Source of the DNA: a virus | Strand: one strand, 5' to 3' | Length of the DNA stretch: 48,601 nt | Virus record (IMG/VR): IMGVR_UViG_3300037511_000156 | Span: 1 to 48,601 of that record | Shown: positions 14,383 to 23,341 of the stretch, piece after piece | How positions within the stretch are numbered: position 1 is the first letter of the stretch | How the letters are laid out: every line of letters begins with the position of its first letter | Notes under the pieces: model-generated | Told to the model about the DNA's origin: nothing | What the model saw: the letters and a program-made list of their open reading frames with translations, nothing else | Databases searched by the model: none | Translations under genes and position numbers: made by a program

Positions 14383-14715
14383 ATGACAACCGAAGAACTA
14401 CTACCGCACATTAAAGCGCTTACCGAGATTGACTTTGCGAATCTTATGCGCGAACTAAAAACGCATGTACAACTGAATGGAATTTCGCATTGCTTTTCAG
14501 AAGCTGGGTGCCCAACCACTGAATTGGTAGATACACTAGAGTCTGAGTTAGATGATATGACTGATGAAACATTAATTCAGGCCGAAAAACTGAGCACTGC
14601 ATTATTTAATCTTGACGTAGCAAGACTGCGTATAACCGAACTTGAAAATGAGATCGAAGAACTTAAAGGCAACGCTTTACTTAACCAGGCAGAAAACGCC
14701 GCGAGGGGAATATAG
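14383..14715 (+). CDS. Hypothetical acidic coiled-coil protein
   Basis: 110-aa ORF. Confidence 0.6.
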   Translation: MTTEELLPHIKALTEIDFANLMRELKTHVQLNGISHCFSEAGCPTTELVDTLESELDDMTDETLIQAEKLSTALFNLDVARLRITELENEIEELKGNALLNQAENAARGI

Positions 14716-14717
14716 CC

Positions 14718-15419
14718 ATGACCAAAACAGACACATTCATAGGCATATTGGGGTGGATCGCGGCGGCCGTGGTGACAGCGATTCTCCTTATGAACATGCG
14801 GCACCGGAACCAGGACAAAGCCGAGTACCAAAGTATCCTACAGGAAAAGCAGGACAGTATCCGCTACCATCGGTCATCCACCGGCCAGCTGGTAGCGTCA
14901 AAGATGGCAGCCGAGGCCGACCGCGACAAGGTCATTCAGGCGTATGGGCAGGAGCTTGCGGAGATTCGCAAAACATTCGGCATCGAGGCAAAGAACATAC
15001 GGTCGTTCGTTAAAGCTCAATTTGCCGCGCAGGGTTACGGAACTACAATCGTTCGAGATACCGTTTTTATCGACTCTACAGGCATTCAAATTTCGGAGCA
15101 TAGATTTGTACTCGATGACGGATATCTTTCAATGGAGGGCCGTTTCCGTGCGAATTCAGGGCTGTCTTACAAATACTCATACCGTGATTCGATTACCATC
15201 GTGTCACACCTGCAAAAACACGGCCTTTTCAAGCCGCGCCGGCTATACGTCGATGCCGCTTTCGCCAACCCGAACAACAAAATCACCAACTTGCATAACA
15301 TCCAGGTTACCGACTACAAAGATAAGCGATTCGGTATCGGGCCTTACGTTGGATATGACGTACTGAACAATCGCCTGGCCGCCGGAGTTTCTGTTCATTA
15401 CTCTTTAATCCGTTTCTGA
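14718..15419 (+). CDS. Membrane-anchored hypothetical protein
   Basis: 233 aa with an N-terminal helix (FIGILGWIAAAVVTAILLM). It tiles exactly with its neighbours. Confidence 0.6.
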   Translation: MTKTDTFIGILGWIAAAVVTAILLMNMRHRNQDKAEYQSILQEKQDSIRYHRSSTGQLVASKMAAEADRDKVIQAYGQELAEIRKTFGIEAKNIRSFVKAQFAAQGYGTTIVRDTVFIDSTGIQISEHRFVLDDGYLSMEGRFRANSGLSYKYSYRDSITIVSHLQKHGLFKPRRLYVDAAFANPNNKITNLHNIQVTDYKDKRFGIGPYVGYDVLNNRLAAGVSVHYSLIRF

Positions 15420-16159
15420 TGATACAGTTTGGTGATTGCATCGAGCTTATAAAAAATATCCCTACTGGAAGCGTGGACATGATATGCGCTGACTTACCTT
15501 ACGGGACAACTCGAAACAAATGGGATTCGATTATAGACATGAAGCGCTTAGGGCCTGAATATCGCCGTGTAATAAAACCAAATGGTAATATTGTTCTTTT
15601 TGGCTCGGGTATGTTTACAGCCTACATAATGAATGAGCTGTCGGATATATGGCGATATAATTTGATATGGGAGAAAGGAAATGCGACTGGGCATTTAAAC
15701 GCGAGTCGTATGCCGCTTAGAGCTCATGAGGATATAATGGTGTTTTATAAAGAGACTGGTGTATATAATCCCCAAAAGACAACCGGTCACATCAGAAAGA
15801 TTAGCACTGCAGCGCATCGTAAAAATACGAAGCTTTCAACGAATTACGGATCATATAAGCCTAACGGTTACGACAGCACAGAGCGTTTCCCGAGATCGGT
15901 TTTGAAGTTCAAGTCAGACAAGCAAAAATCAAAGCTTCATCCAACACAGAAACCTGTTTCGCTGGTGAGTTACCTGGTGTCTACATACAGTAATCCTGGC
16001 GATACAGTGCTGGATAATTGTGCCGGATCTGGCACGACGGTGATTTCTTGCATTAAGACGGCCAGAAAATGCTTAGCATTCGAAAACGATCCTAACATGT
16101 ACGAAAAGGCTATCCAAAGAATAAACATTGAACTACAACCTAATCAGATTTTGATATGA
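15419..16159 (+). CDS. DNA methyltransferase, beta-class N6-adenine/N4-cytosine type
   Basis: The DPPY-like motif CADLPYG lies near the N-terminus. The AdoMet motif NPGDTVLDNCAGSGTT lies near the C-terminus. No adjacent restriction enzyme was seen. Confidence 0.8.
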   Translation: MIQFGDCIELIKNIPTGSVDMICADLPYGTTRNKWDSIIDMKRLGPEYRRVIKPNGNIVLFGSGMFTAYIMNELSDIWRYNLIWEKGNATGHLNASRMPLRAHEDIMVFYKETGVYNPQKTTGHIRKISTAAHRKNTKLSTNYGSYKPNGYDSTERFPRSVLKFKSDKQKSKLHPTQKPVSLVSYLVSTYSNPGDTVLDNCAGSGTTVISCIKTARKCLAFENDPNMYEKAIQRINIELQPNQILI

Positions 16160-16392
16160 AAAAACTACTATTTATAGCGCTGCTTATGATGGCGTGCGCT
16201 GCAAAACAGGAGGTGCCGAAAGGGCCCACAAAGCTTAACGGATACGTACAGCCGACAGCCGAAGGGACGCTCTACTACCACGAAGAAATTCGCGATGGGA
16301 TGAAGTTTGGAATTTGGATTTATGACGGATACAAAAGCGCATCCATGCAAGTCGTAAACCTCACCAAGGACTCTTTAAACTGCGCGAAATGA
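16156..16392 (+). CDS. Small lipoprotein
   Basis: MKKLLFIALLMMAC is a signal peptide plus a lipobox Cys. Confidence 0.6.
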   Translation: MKKLLFIALLMMACAAKQEVPKGPTKLNGYVQPTAEGTLYYHEEIRDGMKFGIWIYDGYKSASMQVVNLTKDSLNCAK

Positions 16393-16601
16393 GATACTTC
16401 TACATAACGTATGAGCACGCCAATGGATTTGGTTGGTTCCCCTGCACTAACCGAAACGAAAGCTTTCCAAGACTTACAGAACTTCAAAAGAATGCATATA
16501 GTCAGATATCTGGTGCACACGCACCTGATAGCTACAAAGACATTATGATCACCAACATCATCGAGTTAAACGAACAGGACTATAACGACTTTGTAAAATG
16601 A
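16389..16601 (+). CDS. Hypothetical protein
   Basis: 70-aa ORF with overlapping start and stop. Confidence 0.55.
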   Translation: MRYFYITYEHANGFGWFPCTNRNESFPRLTELQKNAYSQISGAHAPDSYKDIMITNIIELNEQDYNDFVK

Positions 16602-16894
16602 CATTAGAAGAAATTAAAGATAAAATTGCCAGCGAAATTATGTGGCATGGCAAATCAGCTGGGTTAAAATGGGACTCGCTTAACCAGAGCGATCATTCAA
16701 GGCTTGTAAATAGAGTCGCAGAATTATACAGGCAAGATCAAACTCAATTTCTTGGTGAGCAAATCGTAAATCAAATTGCGATTATTGTAAAACTTCGAAA
16801 GGCATTGAAAGAAATCAATGAATATACTGTAACTGATGATTTCGATGCTGTATGTGAACTGAAACGAATCGCGCTGGAGGCGCTTGGAGAATGA
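16598..16894 (+). CDS. Hypothetical protein
   Basis: 98-aa ORF. Confidence 0.55.
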   Translation: MTLEEIKDKIASEIMWHGKSAGLKWDSLNQSDHSRLVNRVAELYRQDQTQFLGEQIVNQIAIIVKLRKALKEINEYTVTDDFDAVCELKRIALEALGE

Positions 16895-17250
16895 AAGAAA
16901 TAGGAGATTGTAAAAATGAAGTGGCCAAAAAGTATGGCTATCAATCGTGGAGCGAAATAGACTGGTATGCTGAGGATATGCATAATGTAGATGATTGGCC
17001 ATTAGGAGTTCAATCACTTTATGAACATGAGGCAATCCAGATTTACGCCGATCAGTTCAAGCCTAAGTGGATACCGGTTTCTGAATATGAAGTAGGAATT
17101 TATTCGGAGGTAAGGATAAAGCTTTACGAAGGATCGGAGCTGAACGTATTGGCTCAATCTGATGGCGATTTCTGGTGGGATGTAAAGGACTTATTTATAA
17201 ATCTAGAGTCTGTTGAATTTTTTATGCCATTACCAGATAAACCGGTTTAA
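16891..17250 (+). CDS. Hypothetical protein (last rightward gene)
   Basis: 119-aa ORF. Its stop overlaps the stop of the convergent 17247..17678 gene. Confidence 0.55.
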   Translation: MKEIGDCKNEVAKKYGYQSWSEIDWYAEDMHNVDDWPLGVQSLYEHEAIQIYADQFKPKWIPVSEYEVGIYSEVRIKLYEGSELNVLAQSDGDFWWDVKDLFINLESVEFFMPLPDKPV

Positions 17251-17678
17251 CCGGTTTCATACTCCTTCGTGCCTGGCGTGGCCTGAAACCTATGGTAGCG
17301 TTTTAACCATGCCCGGTTTTGTTCCAACCACCTTTCCGCTGCGGCTAATTTTATATTCATATCGGATTCGATTATCCACGTGAGCTCTGTAATAAGATCG
17401 AGCGTATACCAGTTTTGCCTGGCGTATCGCTCCTTCAAGGGTTTCAATAAACTGTGGGTCATCCGATGAGTAATAACATTTATCAGTCCAACCAGCGAAG
17501 CAGCTGGGCTGATCTCCCCCCGGTGGTTCAGATCGAACATCATCGACTCGAAAGCCTGGCGCTGTGCTTCTATCTGCTCCTTTAACAGGTCTACAGTAGA
17601 TTTCAAACGCCTGATACGTCGTCCTTGCAAGAAATATGCAATCCCGAAGCCAACGAGGAATGCTAATACCACGTTCAT
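17247..17678 (-). CDS. N-terminally anchored coiled-coil protein (spanin-like candidate)
   Basis: MNVVLAFLVGFGIAYFL is followed by RRIRRLKSTVDLLKEQIEAQRQ. It is the last gene of the late unit. Confidence 0.5.
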   Translation of the reverse strand: MNVVLAFLVGFGIAYFLQGRRIRRLKSTVDLLKEQIEAQRQAFESMMFDLNHRGEISPAASLVGLINVITHRMTHSLLKPLKERYARQNWYTLDLITELTWIIESDMNIKLAAAERWLEQNRAWLKRYHRFQATPGTKEYETG

Positions 17679-18106
17679 GTCTTAATTCTAGTACCTCCAT
17701 ATCGAATGTATAAATATTTGGCCGGTATTGCGAATCCGAGGGCCAGGAACTGTAGCGAATGGGCATCAAAACCCGTCCATATGATATCCTGACCGTATCG
17801 CAATACAAAGTCAAAAAGTGCTGCCAACTCTGAAATGGCCAGCACAGTGAATTCAAATTTTAATTTGGGGTATCCTAATCTAAGCGCCGCCCAGCAACAA
17901 AGAAAAGAGAGAAAATCGCCGACATAATGTGCCCAATACGGCAATGGAATAACAGGAGATGATATATTCCCAGTACCGTCCGGCATCGGCGACGCTAACG
18001 GAAACGACATAGAAATATCGCCCGGCACATAGTTGAATATGCACCGGGCGAAAAGCGCGCCCGCGGCGAGCCAGAGAATAATTTTCCGTGTTGACGAACC
18101 GATCAA
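17675..18106 (-). CDS. Multi-pass membrane protein
   Basis: 143 aa with a TTG start and several hydrophobic segments. Confidence 0.55.
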   Translation of the reverse strand: MIGSSTRKIILWLAAGALFARCIFNYVPGDISMSFPLASPMPDGTGNISSPVIPLPYWAHYVGDFLSFLCCWAALRLGYPKLKFEFTVLAISELAALFDFVLRYGQDIIWTGFDAHSLQFLALGFAIPAKYLYIRYGGTRIKT

Positions 18107-18246
18107 GTATTAGGTGGTTTAACCGGTGGCACCGGAGGATTTGGTACTGTAGTGTCATCACCTTGGGTGGTCGCTACGTCATCATCGTCATCATCATTAC
18201 CGCCGGGCCCCTGGGGTCCACGCGGCTTGTCTTTTTGCATGCTCAT
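18103..18246 (-). CDS. 47-aa acidic, proline-rich peptide; below the ORF-track cutoff
   Basis: Manual translation: MSMQKDKPRGPQGPGGNDDDDDDVATTQGDDTTVPNPPVPPVKPPNT*. ATGA overlap with the upstream gene. Confidence 0.4.
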   Translation of the reverse strand: MSMQKDKPRGPQGPGGNDDDDDDVATTQGDDTTVPNPPVPPVKPPNT

Positions 18247-18575
18247 TTGTGGTTATTTATCCTGCTTATCCCGAATAACGCCGTGACTATAGTAGTCACT
18301 ACGCCGACCAAAACTAACAATTCCTTATCAAAGAATATCCATATGAAGATGACATTTGTCAAAATCCAGGCAAAAACAGACGCGAAAAACAGAATAACGA
18401 TGTCTTTCAAGTCTTGCTTGTGGGGCACGCCATCGCCGTCTTCAATACCGCGCTTCAACCAGTGTGCAAATAAAGGATACTTGAGAACGAAATAAAGTAT
18501 TGTTGGCAGTATAGCGCAAATTGTCGCATTAATCATTACCGCAACAATAACCACTACAATTTGTTGCACAATCAT
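18243..18575 (-). CDS. Multi-pass membrane protein (holin-like candidate)
   Basis: 110 aa with three hydrophobic segments. Confidence 0.55.
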   Translation of the reverse strand: MIVQQIVVVIVAVMINATICAILPTILYFVLKYPLFAHWLKRGIEDGDGVPHKQDLKDIVILFFASVFAWILTNVIFIWIFFDKELLVLVGVVTTIVTALFGISRINNHK

Positions 18576-18820
18576 GGCTGCTGAGTCTCTGTTTTGGTTT
18601 CTGTCTCAGTAATAGTTCCAGGATCATGATCGCGCTTGCTGCTGCCAAAGAACGTTGCCACGAGTCCGCTCACGAATGCACCTTCTATGATTCCCAGCAA
18701 ATGAATAAACAATTCTCGGTTATGCTCAGGAACCTCATGGAACGCCAGGACGCCGACCACAAAGAGGAAAACGATGATGACTGAAAATCCCGTTATATAG
18801 TATAGGATATTCGTTCTCAT
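18572..18820 (-). CDS. Two-pass membrane protein (holin-like candidate)
   Basis: 82 aa with two hydrophobic helices and a polar C-terminal tail. Confidence 0.55.
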   Translation of the reverse strand: MRTNILYYITGFSVIIVFLFVVGVLAFHEVPEHNRELFIHLLGIIEGAFVSGLVATFFGSSKRDHDPGTITETETKTETQQP

Positions 18821-21285
18821 AGAGCGGCTATGGCTGTTTTGAAGGTGTTATATCGGGAAATGATATTCGAAATTCCGATCAGCGTCAGCGAGGAATCCAC
18901 TGAAGCAGCACATAAACGGCACGATAACCGGCCGTCAAAATACGACCCGGCCAAAGGTGAACCGGCATTATTAACAGCACCAGAATATAAACTATGCGTC
19001 GGTAGACCTTGAGAGGCCGCATTCGCATCTACGATTCCTGTTGATCCTTGATATAGTGTGGTCGAAGTAGAACCAGACGATGCATTTCGCTTGGCCAGAT
19101 ATAGATTATTTGCACCGAAAGTAGCTATGGCCGCCGTGCTACCGGAGTTACCCGAATTAACACGGAAAAGCACACTCGTTGCCGAAGCCTGAGCGATACC
19201 CATACGAAGAGAAGAGCTGGAGTAAACACCGCCTATAGAGCGGCCTGTACCAGGCGTATCATTGGTAACAACATGCCACCCGAATAAGGCATTGTTGATA
19301 TTATACCGACCAAATCCCATAGTTGACGGTATCCATCCTGTATCTATGTAACTACTAGTCCCATTAAAATCGAATCCAACTTTCGGTACATGCGTAGCTC
19401 CATGATTAACCTCTGTACTCAATCCTTTCCAAGGTCGTAAAGAATTCGCCTCTGTATCCATGCCATAGAACGTAAAATCAGTTACATATTGCCATACATA
19501 ATCTGATATCCATCCATCCACAAGCGTCTGAATTGCGCTGATATATCCGGCAGGAGGGGTCGATGCGAAACGGTCTATAACACCTTGTACGTCGGCGCTA
19601 TACGTGGGGATATAAAATCCATCAGAAAACACCTGATCGCGAGTGATTGCAGCGAAGTCTTCACCGATTATTTTAATCTGTGACCCGGGATAATGTACGT
19701 TGTCGTTAAATCCACCAATGAAATTATAATTATTCATGTCTATCAGGAACGTATCGCCACTGTGCTCGGCCGCGTAGTCAATGACGCCCTGACTAACCGT
19801 TGTCCGGTCCGTCAATGTACCGGCAGACTGGCTTAAATTAACTTTATTCAACACTATGGCGCGTATATTAAGACCATTTGCGCGGAAATAATTAACCAGA
19901 GCGGTAAAATTTGGCTTCCATCCAGCGGCGAATGTGGCATCCTTGCAATCACGTTCATACTGCAGCCAATCCAATATCACGTATGGTTCGTAACCGCGGG
20001 CTACAACATGACTTTGAGCGGCCAAACCAGCATTAAGACCCTGAAGCGCGAGCTCGGCGGTATTTACATTCCAGTCCTGTCTGCCGTCTTCCTGATTAAC
20101 CGGCGCGCCAGAAACAGCCACCTTCGCGATAAATACTGGCTTCTTGAATATGTTCTTCAGCGCTAAGCCCTCGGAAAGTTCTATGCCAAAGAGGTTGCCT
20201 TGGTTATTCGTTCCATAGTCGAGCGTTTCAAATCCATCGTTTGTGGCTCGCTCAATGAAAACTTGATCTATCGGAAATTGCTGCTCAGCAACGGGGACAT
20301 CCGTATTGGTAAAACCTACAGCGTTACTCTGACCAAAAATAAGCTTAAGTATTGCTTGATTTTGGGCTAGATACCGGTCGCTTGTCACGGGTCCAAGTGA
20401 GTTTGACAATTGAGTGGCTGATCCGCCGGTATTGGCCGCAGTAACAGAAACAGTCAAAGATTTGCCTATATCACCAGACGTTACGATATACGTATTTGAA
20501 GTCGCGCCGGATATGTTGACACCATCTCGTTTCCATTGATAGGTATAATTAATAGGCGTAGACCCGCCCCAATTTCCGGATTGAGCGGTTAGCGTATTAC
20601 CTGGCTTAGTTGTTCCTGATATAGTCGGTGGATCAATATTATATGGCAATTCAATAATTGCGCCAGTGCCATTAGATTCAGAATTGGTGGCGCCCCCAGA
20701 ATTGGTAGCAGTAACGATCCCTTTAATAACCTGGCCTTTATCATTTACCGTTAACATATACGTATTTGTAGTAGCGCCAGGAATAGTTATTCCAGACCTC
20801 GTCCAACTATACAAATATGTTATACTGGCCTGAGAAGTCCATGTGCCGTCTGTTAATGACAGAAGATTACCCACGAATTCAGTACCCGATAAAACAGGTG
20901 AGACGGTATTTACCGGAGCTAATGGTAAAATATTGGATGTTGCCGAAGATGTCGCAGGCGTAGATCCGGCCGAGTTTATAGCCGTTACAGTAACGGTGAT
21001 CATTGTATTATAATCCGTTGGCGTTAATAAGTACGTGGAGGCGGTGGCGCCGGATATATTACTCCCGTTTCGCTTCCATTGAAATGTATACGATGAAGGC
21101 ACACCGGACCAATCCCCCTCATTAGCAACCAAAACTGAACCGACTTGCTGAGTGCCCGAAATATTGGGCAAGTTAATATTTGTCGGTGCTGTGGGTGGAG
21201 TCACCGATCCAGTGTTGCCATAAAGGGCATCAAGCCAATACGGTATAGGCTTGCATGTTCCGTAAGGAGCGCAACGTTTCGCCAT
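18817..21285 (-). CDS. Tail fiber / receptor-binding protein: 3 Ig-like repeats, a SASA-type carbohydrate esterase domain and a LamG-like C-terminus
   Basis: 822 aa.
- Three repeats of about 88 aa follow the pattern ISGT..G..L....G.W.......Y.Y.W.R.G..I.GAT..TY.
- LKLIFGQSNAVGF resembles the GQSN catalytic motif of sialate O-acetylesterase-like esterases.
- The C-terminal FDFNGTSSYIDTGW... is LamG-like. Confidence 0.6.
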   Translation of the reverse strand: MAKRCAPYGTCKPIPYWLDALYGNTGSVTPPTAPTNINLPNISGTQQVGSVLVANEGDWSGVPSSYTFQWKRNGSNISGATASTYLLTPTDYNTMITVTVTAINSAGSTPATSSATSNILPLAPVNTVSPVLSGTEFVGNLLSLTDGTWTSQASITYLYSWTRSGITIPGATTNTYMLTVNDKGQVIKGIVTATNSGGATNSESNGTGAIIELPYNIDPPTISGTTKPGNTLTAQSGNWGGSTPINYTYQWKRDGVNISGATSNTYIVTSGDIGKSLTVSVTAANTGGSATQLSNSLGPVTSDRYLAQNQAILKLIFGQSNAVGFTNTDVPVAEQQFPIDQVFIERATNDGFETLDYGTNNQGNLFGIELSEGLALKNIFKKPVFIAKVAVSGAPVNQEDGRQDWNVNTAELALQGLNAGLAAQSHVVARGYEPYVILDWLQYERDCKDATFAAGWKPNFTALVNYFRANGLNIRAIVLNKVNLSQSAGTLTDRTTVSQGVIDYAAEHSGDTFLIDMNNYNFIGGFNDNVHYPGSQIKIIGEDFAAITRDQVFSDGFYIPTYSADVQGVIDRFASTPPAGYISAIQTLVDGWISDYVWQYVTDFTFYGMDTEANSLRPWKGLSTEVNHGATHVPKVGFDFNGTSSYIDTGWIPSTMGFGRYNINNALFGWHVVTNDTPGTGRSIGGVYSSSSLRMGIAQASATSVLFRVNSGNSGSTAAIATFGANNLYLAKRNASSGSTSTTLYQGSTGIVDANAASQGLPTHSLYSGAVNNAGSPLAGSYFDGRLSCRLCAASVDSSLTLIGISNIISRYNTFKTAIAAL
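20386..21168 (-). repeat. Three diverged tandem coding repeats (about 264 nt each) encoding the Ig-like domains of the 822-aa fiber
   Basis: The protein-level repeats cover about aa 40-125, 126-213 and 214-300. Confidence 0.7.
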
Positions 21286-21572
21286 TATACAGTTTTCCTC
21301 ACTGATTTTACTTTACGATCTACCTCGTCTGATCCCTCCTGTCGGGCAGCAGTGGCCTTTTTAAGCTGTACATCTTTTTTCCACAGGGCAATGATTTGTT
21401 GCTTTAGAGCCTCCACAATAAGAGCCTCATCGCTCAAATCTATCTCAGCCGGCTTTTGAATACCCTGCCTCTGAAGCATCGCTTTGCTTTGATTACGAAA
21501 ATGCTGTGCAACAGCGGCAATTATTTCCTCGCGGAACTCGGTCGGCAAGCCTAAAATTTCAATTATATCCAT
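21285..21572 (-). CDS. Hypothetical protein (fiber assembly/linker candidate)
   Basis: 95-aa ORF. Its stop abuts the fiber start. Confidence 0.5.
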   Translation of the reverse strand: MDIIEILGLPTEFREEIIAAVAQHFRNQSKAMLQRQGIQKPAEIDLSDEALIVEALKQQIIALWKKDVQLKKATAARQEGSDEVDRKVKSVRKTV

Positions 21573-21582
21573 GATTTTTTCG

Positions 21583-23331
21583 TTAGGTCATTAAGTATAC
21601 ACCAGAATAAGCCCCGTTAACCGGACGTTTGAATTGATATCCGTCAATGTCCTCTGCAGCGAGAGGATGTGAGGCAATATATGCGCCGCTTACACTCTGA
21701 TAGTTAGGACTGCTCAGAGAGTTTATATTGTAGTCTCCAGCGCTATAACTTTTAAACATAGGCGCCGCAGAACTAGTGGTGATGTAGTTATCAATCACGG
21801 CCTCACTGAGGTTAGGGCTATTCAGTGTGGCATACTGTGTTGTGTCCTTGTTGATAATCACGTTGTCAGCAATGATTAACTTTCGGAATGTTGTCGTGAC
21901 ACCCGAAGTCGCCTTCGCAATATAAAAAGGCACATTGCCAGCTTTTCCGGATGGTGATACGATAGTGTTATGGATAATCTTAACATCTATACTAGATCCG
22001 TCCTGAGCTGTATTCTGCGCTAATCCCAAATAGAAATTACTTTCCATATTCGCCGTTTTGTTGACGAACAAATTGGAAAATATTTCCTGATTGCCGGCAT
22101 GAATTCCAGTATTCATTGAAAGCGTATAGGTTGCGCTGAGGACTTTGTTTCTGAACCAATACACGTTCTTATTGCCCGGATTCAACTGGAATGCATTGCT
22201 GTGGTTGTCGTCCAGCTTAAACCCAGCATCCTCAATAATGCACTCTGAAATCTCACTTTCCCGAGTTAATCCGACCTGAATACCATCCGCGCCGGTACGC
22301 TTGGTGTGCATCCGAAGAATAGTCAAATGGGTTATTGGCGCATACCCTTGATTATCAGTAAACCGTCCGATGTAATTACCCTCACTTAACGTACCCTCTA
22401 CGAAGCAGTCAGTAAAGCTGTGGCCATCAGTGGTGAACCCACTATCATAGTTTAACCCCGCAGTATTCTGAGTGGCGAGTTCTATGCCTGCGCCAAGAAC
22501 CTTTTCGTGCCCATTGCAGTAGATTCTATTGAGCGCGATATTCTTTGCTCCGGCCGCTGCCGATGATCCCCATCCTTCAATGTAAATGATCTGAGCTCCC
22601 GGTGAATTTACATGAAATTCTATACCGTAAGGTATATTCGGATCGCCGCCGCCATCTATAAATAGGTTTTGGCAGCCCAGTGTTATTTTAAGTCCATAAT
22701 TGGAGCCTGTGTGATTGACGACAGCCTTTTGACCTGGTACGTTCTGAATGGTTACCGGCTGGTCTGGGTTATTGCTGACGAATTCTTGCAGCCCAAGCCA
22801 CGCCGACAGGTTCGGCGCGGTACCCTTAACCCCTATCTTATAGTTCGTCATGTTTACGCCAGTTTTGGTGTAATACGTGACTTTCGAGCCACCATTCGCG
22901 CTAAAATCCCATACTTCATTGAATCCTGCCTCTGAGGTTACGCGCGGCGGGGCAACACGTATTTTTTTACTCCGGCGCATAAAGGAATTAGTCCCTTTCG
23001 TGACTATCGCGGTGAGGTATATGAAGAGGTGGCGATTGTTTAAATCTACGGACGTGGTCGGCGTCCAGGAGGCAATATTGCCCGTTCCCGTAAGTAAAAC
23101 CCGCGGCGTCCGACCAGGCATGAGGGAATGTGCATCTTGTATGGCCCATGTTACCGAGTATCCTGTAGGCGGCGTAATACCGAGATTATAGGAAGTGCCC
23201 ACACGCATTTCGTACGCTGGCAAATCAAATTCAATGCCCTCACCTAAACCGTTCGGCGAATTGTCGGGTGGCGTTGGAACCACTGATCTACGGCGTTGCG
23301 ATAAAGATCCTGTAAATTGTATTGGCCTCAT
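21583..23331 (-). CDS. Tailspike-like protein with a probable right-handed beta-helix (pectate-lyase fold)
   Basis: 582 aa. The long central stretch has periodic N/G/I-rich strands: CQNLFIDGGGDPNIPYGIEFHVNS...NIALNRIYCNGHEK...IIEDAGFKLDDNHSNAF. Confidence 0.5.
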   Translation of the reverse strand: MRPIQFTGSLSQRRRSVVPTPPDNSPNGLGEGIEFDLPAYEMRVGTSYNLGITPPTGYSVTWAIQDAHSLMPGRTPRVLLTGTGNIASWTPTTSVDLNNRHLFIYLTAIVTKGTNSFMRRSKKIRVAPPRVTSEAGFNEVWDFSANGGSKVTYYTKTGVNMTNYKIGVKGTAPNLSAWLGLQEFVSNNPDQPVTIQNVPGQKAVVNHTGSNYGLKITLGCQNLFIDGGGDPNIPYGIEFHVNSPGAQIIYIEGWGSSAAAGAKNIALNRIYCNGHEKVLGAGIELATQNTAGLNYDSGFTTDGHSFTDCFVEGTLSEGNYIGRFTDNQGYAPITHLTILRMHTKRTGADGIQVGLTRESEISECIIEDAGFKLDDNHSNAFQLNPGNKNVYWFRNKVLSATYTLSMNTGIHAGNQEIFSNLFVNKTANMESNFYLGLAQNTAQDGSSIDVKIIHNTIVSPSGKAGNVPFYIAKATSGVTTTFRKLIIADNVIINKDTTQYATLNSPNLSEAVIDNYITTSSAAPMFKSYSAGDYNINSLSSPNYQSVSGAYIASHPLAAEDIDGYQFKRPVNGAYSGVYLMT

Positions 23332-23341
23332 ATATAATTTT

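Noticed and set aside
14642-15366. ORFs 14642..15013 and 14944..15366 (+), overlapping 14718..15419.
   Set aside because: They are alternative frames of a gene that tiles exactly with its neighbours. Their compositions are Arg/Gly/Ser-rich and atypical.
17290-17856. 188-aa minus-strand ORF overlapping 17247..17678 and 17675..18106 in another frame.
   Set aside because: The two 143-aa ORFs tile precisely with 4-nt overlaps and have clear membrane/coiled-coil character. The 188-aa ORF is R/S/P/Y-rich and spans both.
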